From positions 1 through 42,349 of the IMG/VR virus record IMGVR_UViG_3300037780_000049: a DNA stretch of 42,349 bases; one strand, written 5' to 3'. The DNA is from a virus (Duplodnaviria > Caudoviricetes). Made by a program: the position numbers and the translations under genes. Positions 24,515-33,912 of this stretch are shown piece after piece (positions within the stretch are counted from its first letter, which is position 1; every line of letters begins with the position of its first letter). Below the pieces are notes generated by a model, which made no database searches, had not been told where the DNA came from, and saw nothing but the letters and a program-made list of their open reading frames with translations.

Positions 24515-24951
24515 TGGCTGGTCAGCCGAGGACCAGGAAGGCGAAGAAGCCGCTCCCCGCTGATGTAACCCAGCCGCTTGAAGAGGCGGGCGTTGAAGCG
24601 GTGTGCGCTCTGATCGTGGAGACGGGCAAGACCAAGGCCGCTGCCGATGCGCTGGGTGTGTCCAAGACCACGATGATGCGGTGGCTGTGGCGGGAAGAGA
24701 ACCGCCCGAAGTACGAAGAGGCACAGAGACAGCTTGCCGAGCAACTGGCAGACGAGACCATCGACATCGCGGACCAATGCGACCCTGCCGAGCATAGCAA
24801 GGCCAAGCTTCAGATATCCTCAAGGCAATGGATGGCATCCAAGCTGGACAAGGAACGCTACGGAGACCAGACAGGACCGCTGGTCAATGTGGACATGGGC
24901 AACCTGCACCTCGGTATCCTGAGGTCACAAGGCAAGGAGATAGAGGGTTGA
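24514..24951 (+). CDS. terS: Terminase small subunit
   Basis: HTH followed by YEEAQ...LADETIDIAD...AKLQISSRQWMASKLDKERYGD (Sf6-like TerS). Confidence 0.88.
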   Translation: MAGQPRTRKAKKPLPADVTQPLEEAGVEAVCALIVETGKTKAAADALGVSKTTMMRWLWREENRPKYEEAQRQLAEQLADETIDIADQCDPAEHSKAKLQISSRQWMASKLDKERYGDQTGPLVNVDMGNLHLGILRSQGKEIEG

Positions 24952-25310
24952 AGCTGTCCCACGAGGAATGGCAGGCTGAGCTTGCCGCGAAACTAAGGGC
25001 GGGCGACCCTGAGGTTCATCGGGCACTCGATGTGCTGAGCGATATGGACAGAGAGATCATCGTTCGCAGGCTAGTGCAGGGGGAGTCGTTGTCTGTGGTG
25101 GGTAGGGCGGTCGGCAGATCACCCGAGCGTATCAGGCAACGGCAGGCGAAGTCGGAGCGGCAGGTTAGGAAGCGGTTCAGGATCAATATGTTTGGGGCGT
25201 CTGAGCACATCGCACGGTCTCCGCGCACCTGCGCGAGAAGGGACAATGACGCTGTCTCACCGGCAGGCCAAACGCAACCAACAGTTACGTCATCGAACAT
25301 TGGAACGTGA
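24948..25310 (+). CDS. Sigma70 region-4-like HTH protein
   Basis: TTG start overlapping the terS stop; ALDVLSDMDREII...SLSVVGRAVGRSPERIRQRQAK. Confidence 0.65.
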   Translation: MKLSHEEWQAELAAKLRAGDPEVHRALDVLSDMDREIIVRRLVQGESLSVVGRAVGRSPERIRQRQAKSERQVRKRFRINMFGASEHIARSPRTCARRDNDAVSPAGQTQPTVTSSNIGT

Positions 25311-25318
25311 CGAAGCCT

Positions 25319-25425
25319 AGCGATATCAATGGGTTAGGCCCTGATTTAACATAATGCCTCTTATGCGTTGAGGCGTAGACGTTCCAGTATTCAGGACGAA
25401 CACAAGCGATATCAATGGGTTAGGC
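25319..25425. repeat. 21-bp direct repeat containing IHF consensus (25319-25339 and 25405-25425)
   Basis: AGCGATATCAATGGGTTAGGC occurs twice; TATCAA-TGGG-TTA matches WATCAANNNNTTR. Confidence 0.85.
25344..25371 (-). promoter_or_regulatory. dif-like XerCD recombination site
   Basis: Minus strand TCAACGCATAA-GAGGCA-TTATGTTAAAT. XerD arm is identical to E. coli dif, XerC arm keeps CGCATAA, spacer is 6 bp. Confidence 0.8.
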
Positions 25426-25600
25426 AGATGGGGCAGCGGTGATGACCTATAGCCCCCCGGCACCCACGACCACCCCGACCCCCGGCTCTGGTGCGGACAC
25501 CCACACCCACCGATTTTCCTCTCAAAATTCCTACCCAAAGTTGCACAACACCCCCACCGGGTGCCCCTGAACACGGGGTTTAGACACCTATAGGTAGAAA

Positions 25601-25783
25601 ATGACCCGATATGTGACGAAATCGGCCCGCTGGAGCTATGCGCTGGACGACGATGTTCTGCTCCCGGAGACGATGACGGTCATCGAGGAGGACGCTGGGC
25701 CGAAATACACGGGCCTTCTGGACGCTTCGGGAAACCCGATTTATCGGGTCCCTGACGACAAGGTGTTCGGCTTTGGACGCTAA
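25601..25783 (+). CDS. Hypothetical protein
   Basis: TGLLDASGNPIYR...FGF motif; overlaps the terL start. Confidence 0.65.
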   Translation: MTRYVTKSARWSYALDDDVLLPETMTVIEEDAGPKYTGLLDASGNPIYRVPDDKVFGFGR

Positions 25784-27179
25784 GGCCGCCCTGGAGCAGT
25801 GGTTCCACCGCTACAAGGACGAGCCTGTGCTGTTCGTCCGCGAGGTGCTTGGGGTAGAACCTGACCCGTGGCAGGCGGAGCTTATGGAGGCTGTACGGGA
25901 CGGGGAGCGGCGTATCTCTGTCCGTTCGGGACATGGTGTTGGAAAGTCGTCCGTGGCGTCCTGGCTGGCGATCTGGCACACCCTGTTCCGGTTTCCTCAG
26001 AAGACGGTTGTGACGGCACCTACGTCGTCCCAGTTGTTCGATGCCCTGTTTGCCGAGATCAAGGCCTGGATCGGGTATTTGCCGGACCCCATCAAGGTTC
26101 TGTTGGACGTGAAGGCCGACCGTATCGAGTTGGCGGCGTCTCCTGCGGAGAGTTTCATTGCGGCGAAGACCTCCCGGTCGGAACAGCCGGAGGCGTTGCA
26201 GGGTGTTCACTCCAAGCACGTGCTGCTGATCGCGGATGAGGCGTCGGGTATCCCTGAGGCTGTTTTCGAGGCGGCGTCGGGTTCCATGTCTGGAGACGAA
26301 GCCTGCACGATGCTGCTGGGCAACCCCACCCGAGGGTCGGGGTATTTCTACGACACGCAGACCCGGCTGAAGGAGTTCTGGTGGACCCGCCGGGTTTCTT
26401 GTGTGGATTCCCCTCGCGTGTCGAGGGAATACGTCGCGGAGCAGGCGCAGAAATACGGCGAGGAGTCGAACGCCTACCGGGTGCGCGTGTTGGGGGAATT
26501 CCCTCTCAAGGACGACGATACGGTCATTCCTCTCGAATTGGTCGAGAGTGCGATGCACCGGGACGTTGTCGGGAACCCCAACGCGAAGGCCATTTGGGGG
26601 CTTGATGTGGCCCGGTTCGGGACGGATTCGAGTTGTCTTGCGAAAAGAAGCGGCAACGTCATCACCGAGGTTCGGCTTTGGCGCGGTCTGGACCTGATGC
26701 AGACCGTTGGGGTGGTGAAGTCGGAATATGACGGTCTCCCCCTGGATTTGAGGCCGGCGGAGATACTGGTCGACTCCATCGGGTTGGGCGCGGGTGTCTG
26801 CGACCGCCTGAGGGAGCTTGGGCTTCCCGCGAGGGGTGTGAACGTCTCGGAAAGCCCGGCCATGAAGACACTGTACGCGAATTTGCGGGCCGAACTGTGG
26901 TTCACCCTGAAAGGCTGGCTGGAAAAGCGGGATGTGAAGATCCCGAAGGACGAGGCCCTGTTCGCTGAACTTGTGGCCCCGAAATACGCCTTCATGTCGA
27001 ACGGCAAGATGAAGGTGGAATCCAAAGAGGAAATGAAGCGGCGCGGGTTGGGGTCTCCTGACCGGGCCGATGCCCTGTGTCTTACCCTGGCGACGGACGC
27101 GTCCACGGCCCTTTACGGAACATCCTATGCCGGGAACTGGAACCGCCCGATCCGGCGAAACATCCGAGGTGTTGTATGA
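25773..27179 (+). CDS. terL: Terminase large subunit
   Basis: Walker A SGHGVGKS, Walker B LIADEA, GNPT, nuclease GLDVARFGTD and SPDRADA. Start codon uncertain (TTG). Confidence 0.95.
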   Translation: MDAKAALEQWFHRYKDEPVLFVREVLGVEPDPWQAELMEAVRDGERRISVRSGHGVGKSSVASWLAIWHTLFRFPQKTVVTAPTSSQLFDALFAEIKAWIGYLPDPIKVLLDVKADRIELAASPAESFIAAKTSRSEQPEALQGVHSKHVLLIADEASGIPEAVFEAASGSMSGDEACTMLLGNPTRGSGYFYDTQTRLKEFWWTRRVSCVDSPRVSREYVAEQAQKYGEESNAYRVRVLGEFPLKDDDTVIPLELVESAMHRDVVGNPNAKAIWGLDVARFGTDSSCLAKRSGNVITEVRLWRGLDLMQTVGVVKSEYDGLPLDLRPAEILVDSIGLGAGVCDRLRELGLPARGVNVSESPAMKTLYANLRAELWFTLKGWLEKRDVKIPKDEALFAELVAPKYAFMSNGKMKVESKEEMKRRGLGSPDRADALCLTLATDASTALYGTSYAGNWNRPIRRNIRGVV

Positions 27180-27481
27180 GCATACTGGTCAAGGATTCCA
27201 ACGGCGTCGGGGTTCCGGCTGGGACCTGGGGCGCGGCACAGAACCGCTCCACCGGCTCCAGTTCCGCGCAGTCTTCGGCGGTCGGCTCGACCACGACGCT
27301 GGTCCGGCTTGCCGCAACCGAGGATTGCTACGTCAAGATCGGCGCGGACCCGACCGCGGCGGCGGGCGACCCCCTGGTTTTCGGCGGGTCTGAGGTGACG
27401 GTGGGGATTACCCCCGGTCACAAGATCGCGGCGATCCGCCGGACCACGGACGGGATTCTGAACATCACGGAGCTTGCCTGA
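27176..27481 (+). CDS. Small virion protein (possible head spike base)
   Basis: 101-aa beta-rich ORF coupled to terL and to a fibre-like gene. Confidence 0.55.
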   Translation: MSILVKDSNGVGVPAGTWGAAQNRSTGSSSAQSSAVGSTTTLVRLAATEDCYVKIGADPTAAAGDPLVFGGSEVTVGITPGHKIAAIRRTTDGILNITELA

Positions 27482-28776
27482 TGCTGATCTCTGTCGGCGC
27501 CTTCATGGCCCGGCGTCCGGCAATCCGAGGGTACGACTACGTTGTCGACGACGTGAACGGCAACGACAGCAACGACGGGACCCCTTTGGCCCCTTGGGCG
27601 TCACTGAACAAGCTGGAGACGCTGACGCCGGCTGCGAACCAGACGACCCGTGTGCTGGTGAAGTCCGGCACCTACGACAAGGCCGGGGACTATTTCGAAG
27701 TTTCCAACGATTCGGCGGCGGCGTGGACGTTGGATGTCACGTTCGAGCCTGGCTGTGTCATGGACGGCACGGTCTGCAACACGAGTTCGGCGCAGAACCC
27801 GATCTTCGGCAACGGGACTGCCAGTTGGCGCCTGAACCTGCACGGCAACGGCCTGACCATCCAGGATTACGACAACACGTCGGGCGGCTCTCCCAACGGC
27901 ATTGGCTGGGGCGGGAACTGCTTCGTCTACGCCTCGGACGTGGACATCACGAACTGTGTGGACGGGGTGAGCAACCACGACAACGGCCCCGGCCTGATCG
28001 TGAACGTCACGGTGACGGCGTGCTCCAAGTACGCACTGGCTCAGACCGGGACCGGGCATACGGATTTCTATGGTTGCTCGTTCACCGGGGAGGATGCAGC
28101 GACCGGCGGCGTGGCATCTGTGGCGCTGGATGCTTCGGCCGCCTTCTACGACACCAAGTTTATCCCAGTTGGGACATCCAGGAACCTTGCGCTGTCGAAC
28201 AGCACGCTCACCCGCTGTCAGGTGGGCACGGAGACCGACGACATGGTCTTCAACCCGGATCTAGCCAACAGCACGACATTCTCCAAGTGCTACGTGCACA
28301 TGGAATGCCAGCAGCTCGTTGGGCCGATCATGGATGAATGCTTTGGTCGGTTCTCCATGCGCCTGCGCGACAGTGGCGAGCCGGACATTCAGAACTGCGT
28401 ATTCACCGGCCCGGCGGAAAGCCAGAGCCTGATGCTCTACGCCAACACCGGCACCGCTTTCGCGCCCTTCACCTTCTCCAACAACATCCTGGCCGGTAAC
28501 TTCACGTTCGACAATCTCGGCAGCCGCTACAACCTGCTAGAAGCCGACAACGTGTTTGCCAGCAACCTGCTGTTCGGCGGCGTGGCCTACAGCGCGAACC
28601 TGACCGGATCCAGTGCAACCATATCCGGCACGGTGACGGACGACCCGCTGATCGGCGACGCGGATAGCTACCTGATGGCGGATTACGCCTATGGGGAAGG
28701 CTCCCCGGCCATCGGAGCGGGGACGGTGGACAATATCGGCTTTGGTGCCGACGACGTGGAAGAACTGGCAGCATGA
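27481..28776 (+). CDS. Parallel beta-helix fibre/depolymerase-like protein
   Basis: VDDVNGNDSNDGT...PWASL...VKSGTY start and Asn/Cys ladder repeats; short hydrophobic N-terminal peptide. Confidence 0.7.
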   Translation: MLISVGAFMARRPAIRGYDYVVDDVNGNDSNDGTPLAPWASLNKLETLTPAANQTTRVLVKSGTYDKAGDYFEVSNDSAAAWTLDVTFEPGCVMDGTVCNTSSAQNPIFGNGTASWRLNLHGNGLTIQDYDNTSGGSPNGIGWGGNCFVYASDVDITNCVDGVSNHDNGPGLIVNVTVTACSKYALAQTGTGHTDFYGCSFTGEDAATGGVASVALDASAAFYDTKFIPVGTSRNLALSNSTLTRCQVGTETDDMVFNPDLANSTTFSKCYVHMECQQLVGPIMDECFGRFSMRLRDSGEPDIQNCVFTGPAESQSLMLYANTGTAFAPFTFSNNILAGNFTFDNLGSRYNLLEADNVFASNLLFGGVAYSANLTGSSATISGTVTDDPLIGDADSYLMADYAYGEGSPAIGAGTVDNIGFGADDVEELAA

Positions 28777-29339
28777 CGCGGAAGAAGATCCCCGATCACT
28801 ATTACGAGTCCATCCAGGGCTGGTTCAACTTCCGCGGCGTCTATGAGAACGCCGTGCGTGAGGCCAAATCCGGCGCCCAGTTCGTGGAGGTGGGCTGCTG
28901 GAAAGGGCGTTCGACCGCGTTTCTCGGGGTGGAAATCCTGAAATCGGGCAAGAAGATCACCCTGCACTGCGTGGACCACTTTCTCGGCTCCGATGAGGAA
29001 GTCCACCAGTCCGACCCGGAGGTCGGGGCGCTGCTGAGGGTGTTCGAGAAGAACACCACTCCCCTGAAGGGCCTGGATCTGGAAGTTCACGTCATGGAAT
29101 CCGTCGACGCTGCCGACCAGTTCAAGGACGGATCCGTGGATTTCGTCTGGCTCGATGCCGGGCACGACTATGAATCGGTCAAGCGGGACATCGAAGCCTG
29201 GCTGCCCAAAGTGAAGCCCGGCGGGATGATCGGCGGGGACGATTTTCCCATGCAGGGGGTGGCGAAGGCCGTCAAGGAGTTCGGAGACCATGAACTCCAC
29301 ATCGAAAACGGCTGGACGGTCTGGACCAAGCGTATCTGA
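28773..29339 (+). CDS. Class I SAM-dependent methyltransferase (Methyltransf_24-like)
   Basis: VEVGCWKGRS, VDHF, VDFVWLDAGHDYESVKRD, KPGGMIGGDD. Confidence 0.9.
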   Translation: MTRKKIPDHYYESIQGWFNFRGVYENAVREAKSGAQFVEVGCWKGRSTAFLGVEILKSGKKITLHCVDHFLGSDEEVHQSDPEVGALLRVFEKNTTPLKGLDLEVHVMESVDAADQFKDGSVDFVWLDAGHDYESVKRDIEAWLPKVKPGGMIGGDDFPMQGVAKAVKEFGDHELHIENGWTVWTKRI

Positions 29340-31384
29340 TGGAAGAATACATGGACGACGACGCTCTCGAGATGGATGAGGGCGAGGGCGAAGCCATGTC
29401 CGAAGAGGAACTGGAGTCCATCGTCTCCGGCGAACTGGACGACGCGGTCGACTACATCGACACGACCGTTTCGACCGAGCGCGCCCAGGCCACGGACTAT
29501 TATTGGGGCCGCCCGTTCGGGAATGAGGAAGATGGCCGCTCCCAGGTCGTTTCGTACGACGTTCGGGACACGGTTCAGGCCATCCTTCCCTCTCTCATGA
29601 GGGTGTTTTTTTCCGCCGACAACGTGGTGGAGTTCGTCCCCCAGGGGCCGGAGGACGAAGAGGTGGCGAAACAGGCCACGGACTACGTCAATTACATTGT
29701 CCAGCGGGACAACAACGGCTTCCGGGAGTTCTACGCCGCGTTCAAGGACGCCCTGGTGAGAAAAGCCGGCGTCATCAAGTACTGGTGGGAGGAAACCCCC
29801 AAGATCGAGTCCTGGGAACTGACCGGCCTGGATGAGTTGGCGGTTCAGGTGGTCATGTCGGACCCCGGCGTGACGGTGGAGGTATTCGAGGAGGAAGTCC
29901 TCCCCGATATGCCCCCGACATTCTCTGTTCGTGTGGTTCGGGAGACCAAGGACGGGCGGGTCAAGATCGAAGCCTTGCCCCCGGAAGAATTCCTGATCGA
30001 CCGGCGTGCGAAATCCATCCCCGACGCGACCCTGGTGGCTCATCGGAGCACGGTCTATGCCGGCGACCTGGTGGCGATGGGCTACGACCCGGAACTGGTC
30101 GAGGAACACGCCGGAAACGACGAACTGGACACCAATCAGGAGCGGATTGCCCGCAACGCGGACGCCACGATAGCCATTGGCGACCGTTTCGACGAGGCCA
30201 TGAAGAAGGTCCTCTATGTCGAGGCCTATGTTCGGGTCGATTATGACGGCGACGGCGTCCCTGAGCTGCGGAAAATCTGCACCATGGGGCCGAATTACCG
30301 TGTGGTGATGAACGAACCGGCCTCTTTCCGGCCTTTCGTCGATCTCTGCCCTGACCCGGAGCCTCACACCTTCTTTGGCATGTCCATCGCCGACGTGACG
30401 ATGGATATCCAGAGGATCAAGTCCTCGATTTTGAGGAACATGCTGGATTCACTGGCCCAATCCATCCATCCGCGCATGGCGGCGGTGGAGGGTCAGGTGA
30501 ACATGGACGACCTGTTGAATACGGAAGTGGGTGGGGTTGTCAGGATGCGCCAGCCGGGCATGGTGCAGCCCCTGGATACGCCATTTGTCGGTCAGGCGGC
30601 CTTCCCGGTGCTCGGGTACATGGATGAAATCCGCGAAAACCGGACGGGAATCACCAAGGCGGCTGCCGGCCTGGACGCGGATGCGCTTCAGTCGACCACG
30701 AAAGCGGCTGTCGCGGCCACGATCACCGCAGCGCAGCAGCGTGTCGAGCTGATCGCCCGTCTTTTCGCCGAAGGGGGTGTTTCGGACCTGTTCCGCGGCA
30801 TCCTGAAGCTGATCACGCAACACCAGGACCGGGAACGGATGGTCCGCCTCCGCAACCAGTGGGTGCAGATCGACCCCAGGGCGTGGAACGCGGACATGGA
30901 CGTGACCGTGAATGTGGGAATCGGGACGGGGGATACCCAGGAGCGGTTGATGTTCCTTGCCTCTGTGGCGGAGAAGCAGGAAGCGGCGATGGCCCAATTC
31001 GGCCCGGAGAACCCGGTTGTCGGCTTCGGTCATTACAGGAACACCCTTGCCAAGATGATGGAACTGGCCGGCTACAAGAACCCGGACCAGTACTGGCGCG
31101 ACCCGGCCACCTTCCAGGCGCCGCCGCAGGAGCCGCAGCCCGACCCCAACATGATCGTTGCCCAGGCCACGGTGGAGCAGATCAAGGCCGACGTGGCGAA
31201 GAAGGAAGCGGAACTGGCGCTGGAGCGGGAAAAGATGCTCCGCGAGGACGACCGCAAGCGCGACGAACTGGACGCCGACTATCAACTGAGGGCCGCCGAG
31301 ATCAACGCCAAGTACGGCACGCAGGTGGATATCGCCCGGATCAAGGCGGACGTGGACCGCCAGAGGAACTTCAATGGATCATGA
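29339..31384 (+). CDS. Portal protein (P22-like)
   Basis: 681 aa; EEDGRSQVVS.DVRD, ATDYVNY, PDPEPH motifs; position after terL. Confidence 0.9.
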   Translation: MEEYMDDDALEMDEGEGEAMSEEELESIVSGELDDAVDYIDTTVSTERAQATDYYWGRPFGNEEDGRSQVVSYDVRDTVQAILPSLMRVFFSADNVVEFVPQGPEDEEVAKQATDYVNYIVQRDNNGFREFYAAFKDALVRKAGVIKYWWEETPKIESWELTGLDELAVQVVMSDPGVTVEVFEEEVLPDMPPTFSVRVVRETKDGRVKIEALPPEEFLIDRRAKSIPDATLVAHRSTVYAGDLVAMGYDPELVEEHAGNDELDTNQERIARNADATIAIGDRFDEAMKKVLYVEAYVRVDYDGDGVPELRKICTMGPNYRVVMNEPASFRPFVDLCPDPEPHTFFGMSIADVTMDIQRIKSSILRNMLDSLAQSIHPRMAAVEGQVNMDDLLNTEVGGVVRMRQPGMVQPLDTPFVGQAAFPVLGYMDEIRENRTGITKAAAGLDADALQSTTKAAVAATITAAQQRVELIARLFAEGGVSDLFRGILKLITQHQDRERMVRLRNQWVQIDPRAWNADMDVTVNVGIGTGDTQERLMFLASVAEKQEAAMAQFGPENPVVGFGHYRNTLAKMMELAGYKNPDQYWRDPATFQAPPQEPQPDPNMIVAQATVEQIKADVAKKEAELALEREKMLREDDRKRDELDADYQLRAAEINAKYGTQVDIARIKADVDRQRNFNGS

Positions 31385-31631
31385 GGAGGACATCCGGAGG
31401 GGTGAGAACGCCCGCCGGATACTGGAAGACGACCTGTTCGTCGAAGCCGTCGAAACCATCAAGCAGCAGTGTTTCGAGGCCTGGAAAGCCACCTCGTGGA
31501 ACGAGACGGACAAGCGGGAGGCCATCCACCGCCAGTTCAAGGCGCTGGGTGAGATCGAGACCCGCCTCCGGTCGATCATGGAGGGCGGCAAGGTCGCCAA
31601 GTCCATGCTGGAAAAATTGCTTAGAAAATAA
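31374..31631 (+). CDS. Small head-region protein
   Basis: Helical ORF between portal and scaffold. Confidence 0.7.
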   Translation: MDHEEDIRRGENARRILEDDLFVEAVETIKQQCFEAWKATSWNETDKREAIHRQFKALGEIETRLRSIMEGGKVAKSMLEKLLRK

Positions 31632-31642
31632 GGAGTTACCTG

Positions 31643-32584
31643 ATGGATACCGACAACCCGCAAGGGATCGGGCTGAATGCCGCTCAGGAGCAGATCGCTA
31701 CCATGCTGGAGCCAGACGAGCCAACCGGCGATGAGGGCGATGATGCCGTCGAAGAGACGGAAGACCTGGAAGCCTCCGATGAAGAGGAGGAAGCCGGGGA
31801 ACCGACCGAGGACGAAGAAACCGGCGAGGAAGAAGAGCAACCCCGATACACCGTCAAGGTAGACGGTGAGGATGTCGAGGTCACGTTCGACGAACTCGTT
31901 TCCGGCTATTCGCGCCAGGCGGACTACACACGCAAGACGCAGAAGCTGACCGAGGAACGGAAGGAGATCGAGGCCGAACGGGCCGCCCTGAAGGAAGTGG
32001 AGCAGGAGCGTAAGCAGTACTCCCAGCTTCTCTCGACCCTGAAGGAGCGCCTTGAGGCCCCTGACCCTGAGCCTGACTGGGATGCCATCTATGAGCAAGA
32101 TCCGGGCCGCTTCGCCCTGATCAAGCACAAATGGGACCAGCAGCAGGCCCAGAAGCGGGAATCGCTCAACGCAGTGAAGAGCGAGCAGGAGAGGATCGCG
32201 GCCAATCAGAAAGCCGACTGGGAACGCCAGCGAAAGGCGGAACTGGAGGCCGAAGAAGCCCGTATCCCCGACCTGATCCCCGAATGGAAGGACCAGGGGC
32301 GCCGTGAGAAGGAATGGACCGCCATCAAGTCGTGGATGAACGACACCTACGGGGAAGACCCGGAAGGTGTGGTCGCCGCGGGTGGGCGGGATATCCTCCG
32401 CAAGGCATGGCTCTACGACCAGGGCAAGGCGAAAGCGAAGGGGGCCAAGCCCCAGCCGTCTCCCACCCTGCGACCGGGCCAGCCCCGCAAGCCCACGTCC
32501 AACCTCACGAAAGCCAAGCAGCGTCTGGCAAAAACGGGCCGCGTACAGGATGCGGCCGGCATCATCGAAAGCATGCTGGAGTAG
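31643..32584 (+). CDS. Capsid scaffolding protein
   Basis: Acidic N-terminus; YTVKVDGEDVEVTFDEL..GYSRQADYTRKTQ; coiled coil. Confidence 0.88.
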   Translation: MDTDNPQGIGLNAAQEQIATMLEPDEPTGDEGDDAVEETEDLEASDEEEEAGEPTEDEETGEEEEQPRYTVKVDGEDVEVTFDELVSGYSRQADYTRKTQKLTEERKEIEAERAALKEVEQERKQYSQLLSTLKERLEAPDPEPDWDAIYEQDPGRFALIKHKWDQQQAQKRESLNAVKSEQERIAANQKADWERQRKAELEAEEARIPDLIPEWKDQGRREKEWTAIKSWMNDTYGEDPEGVVAAGGRDILRKAWLYDQGKAKAKGAKPQPSPTLRPGQPRKPTSNLTKAKQRLAKTGRVQDAAGIIESMLE

Positions 32585-32587
32585 CAA

Positions 32588-33553
32588 ATGGCTATCGTAG
32601 CGAACACGTTCACGACGTATTCGGCAGTGGGTATCCGCGAGGAACTGTCGAACGTCATCTACAACATCTCCCCGGAGGAAACTCCGTTCATTTCCAATAT
32701 CGGCAAGGAGAAGACGGGTAACACCTTCTTCGAGTGGCAGACCGACGCCCTGGCGGCGGCTTCCACCTCCAACGCCGTGGTGGAAGGCGACGACATTTCT
32801 TCGTTCACCGCGGTGACCCCGACCGACCGGCTGGGCAATTACTGCCAGATCAGCCGCAAGGATGTGATCATCTCGGGCACCGAGGAAATCGCCAACAAGG
32901 CGGGCCGCAAGTCGGAAATGTCCTATCAGCTGGCCAAGAAGGGCGCCGAGCTGAAGCGGGACATGGAAGCGATCCTGCTTTACAACCAGGCGGCCAACGC
33001 CGGCAACTCGTCCACGGCCCGCAAGACCGCCGGCCTCCCGGCCTTCCTGCGGACCAACACCAACTACTACACCACGGACGGCGGCGACCCCACCGTTTCC
33101 AGTGGCGTGGTGAATGCGGCCCGCACGGACGGCACCCAGCGTTCCTTCACGGAAGTCATCCTGAAGGACGTGGTGGCGCAGTGCTGGACCGAGGGTGCCA
33201 ATCCGAAGCTTCTCATGGTCGGCCCCGTCAACAAGCAGCGGGCCAGCGGCTTCACCGGCATCGCCGAGACCCGCGTGCAGGCCAAGAGCAGCCCGACCAC
33301 GATCATCGGCGCCGCCGATGTCTATGTGTCGGACTTCGGCAACCTGTCCATCGTGCCCAACCGCTTCCAGCGGGAGCGCGAGGCGTTCGTGATCGACCCG
33401 GAATATGCTGCCCTCGTGCAGTACCGGCCGATCCAGCAGGAGGCGCTCGCCAAGACCGGCGACGCCGAAAAGCGGATGCTGATCGTGGAATACGGTCTGA
33501 AGGTGAAGACCGAAAAGGCCCACGGCATCGCGGCGGACCTGACCACCACCTAA
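32588..33553 (+). CDS. Major capsid protein (DUF5309/SU10-like)
   Basis: REELSNVIYNISPEETPF, EWQTD, ELKRDME, LAKTGD motifs. Confidence 0.92.
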   Translation: MAIVANTFTTYSAVGIREELSNVIYNISPEETPFISNIGKEKTGNTFFEWQTDALAAASTSNAVVEGDDISSFTAVTPTDRLGNYCQISRKDVIISGTEEIANKAGRKSEMSYQLAKKGAELKRDMEAILLYNQAANAGNSSTARKTAGLPAFLRTNTNYYTTDGGDPTVSSGVVNAARTDGTQRSFTEVILKDVVAQCWTEGANPKLLMVGPVNKQRASGFTGIAETRVQAKSSPTTIIGAADVYVSDFGNLSIVPNRFQREREAFVIDPEYAALVQYRPIQQEALAKTGDAEKRMLIVEYGLKVKTEKAHGIAADLTTT

Positions 33554-33574
33554 ACGTCCCCAGCCTGAACTATG

Positions 33575-33603
33575 GGGCGGTCTTCGGGCCGCCCTTTTCT
33601 TTT
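33575..33603 (+). terminator. Rho-independent terminator after the capsid gene
   Basis: GGGCGGTC-TTCG-GGCCGCCC-TTTTCTTTT. Confidence 0.85.
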
Positions 33604-33612
33604 GGAGATGTC

Positions 33613-33912
33613 ATGAAGGTATTTTCACAGGACCCGGTCTACGGGATCACCACCTATTGGCATTACGACGAGTCCACGGACACCGCCACCCTGCAGAAGA
33701 GTCAGGAGGTGGAAGGCCTGCTGGACATCAACAAGGCGCATTTCAACGACGCGCCGAACCGCTGGGGCGACTGGAGCCGCGTCGCCTCGATCCCGCTCAC
33801 CGTTTACCAGGAATTGAAGACCAAGGGCGTCGTCGATGACGAGAGGGCTTTCAAGCGGTGGCTGAACGACCCCGACAACCGCTTCTTCCGCACCAGACCA
33901 GGAACAGTATGA
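33613..33912 (+). CDS. Conserved hypothetical head-region protein
   Basis: GGAG RBS; VASIP...KRWLNDPDNRFFRT. Confidence 0.75.
   Translation: MKVFSQDPVYGITTYWHYDESTDTATLQKSQEVEGLLDINKAHFNDAPNRWGDWSRVASIPLTVYQELKTKGVVDDERAFKRWLNDPDNRFFRTRPGTV

Noticed and set aside
25319-25425. Mini-CRISPR array
   Set aside because: Only two 21-bp repeats with a 65-bp gap, matching the IHF consensus; no cas genes.
31379-33523. 714-aa minus-strand ORF (and similar long antisense ORFs at 18548-19702, 29168-30367, 37588-39177, 39399-40712, 40693-41913)
   Set aside because: Shadow frames of GC3-rich genes on the opposite strand; no recognisable motifs.
32734-33612. Frameshift extension of the capsid protein into the 392-aa overlapping ORF
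   Set aside because: No slippery site noticed; a terminator intervenes and the real gene has its own RBS and ATG at 33613.
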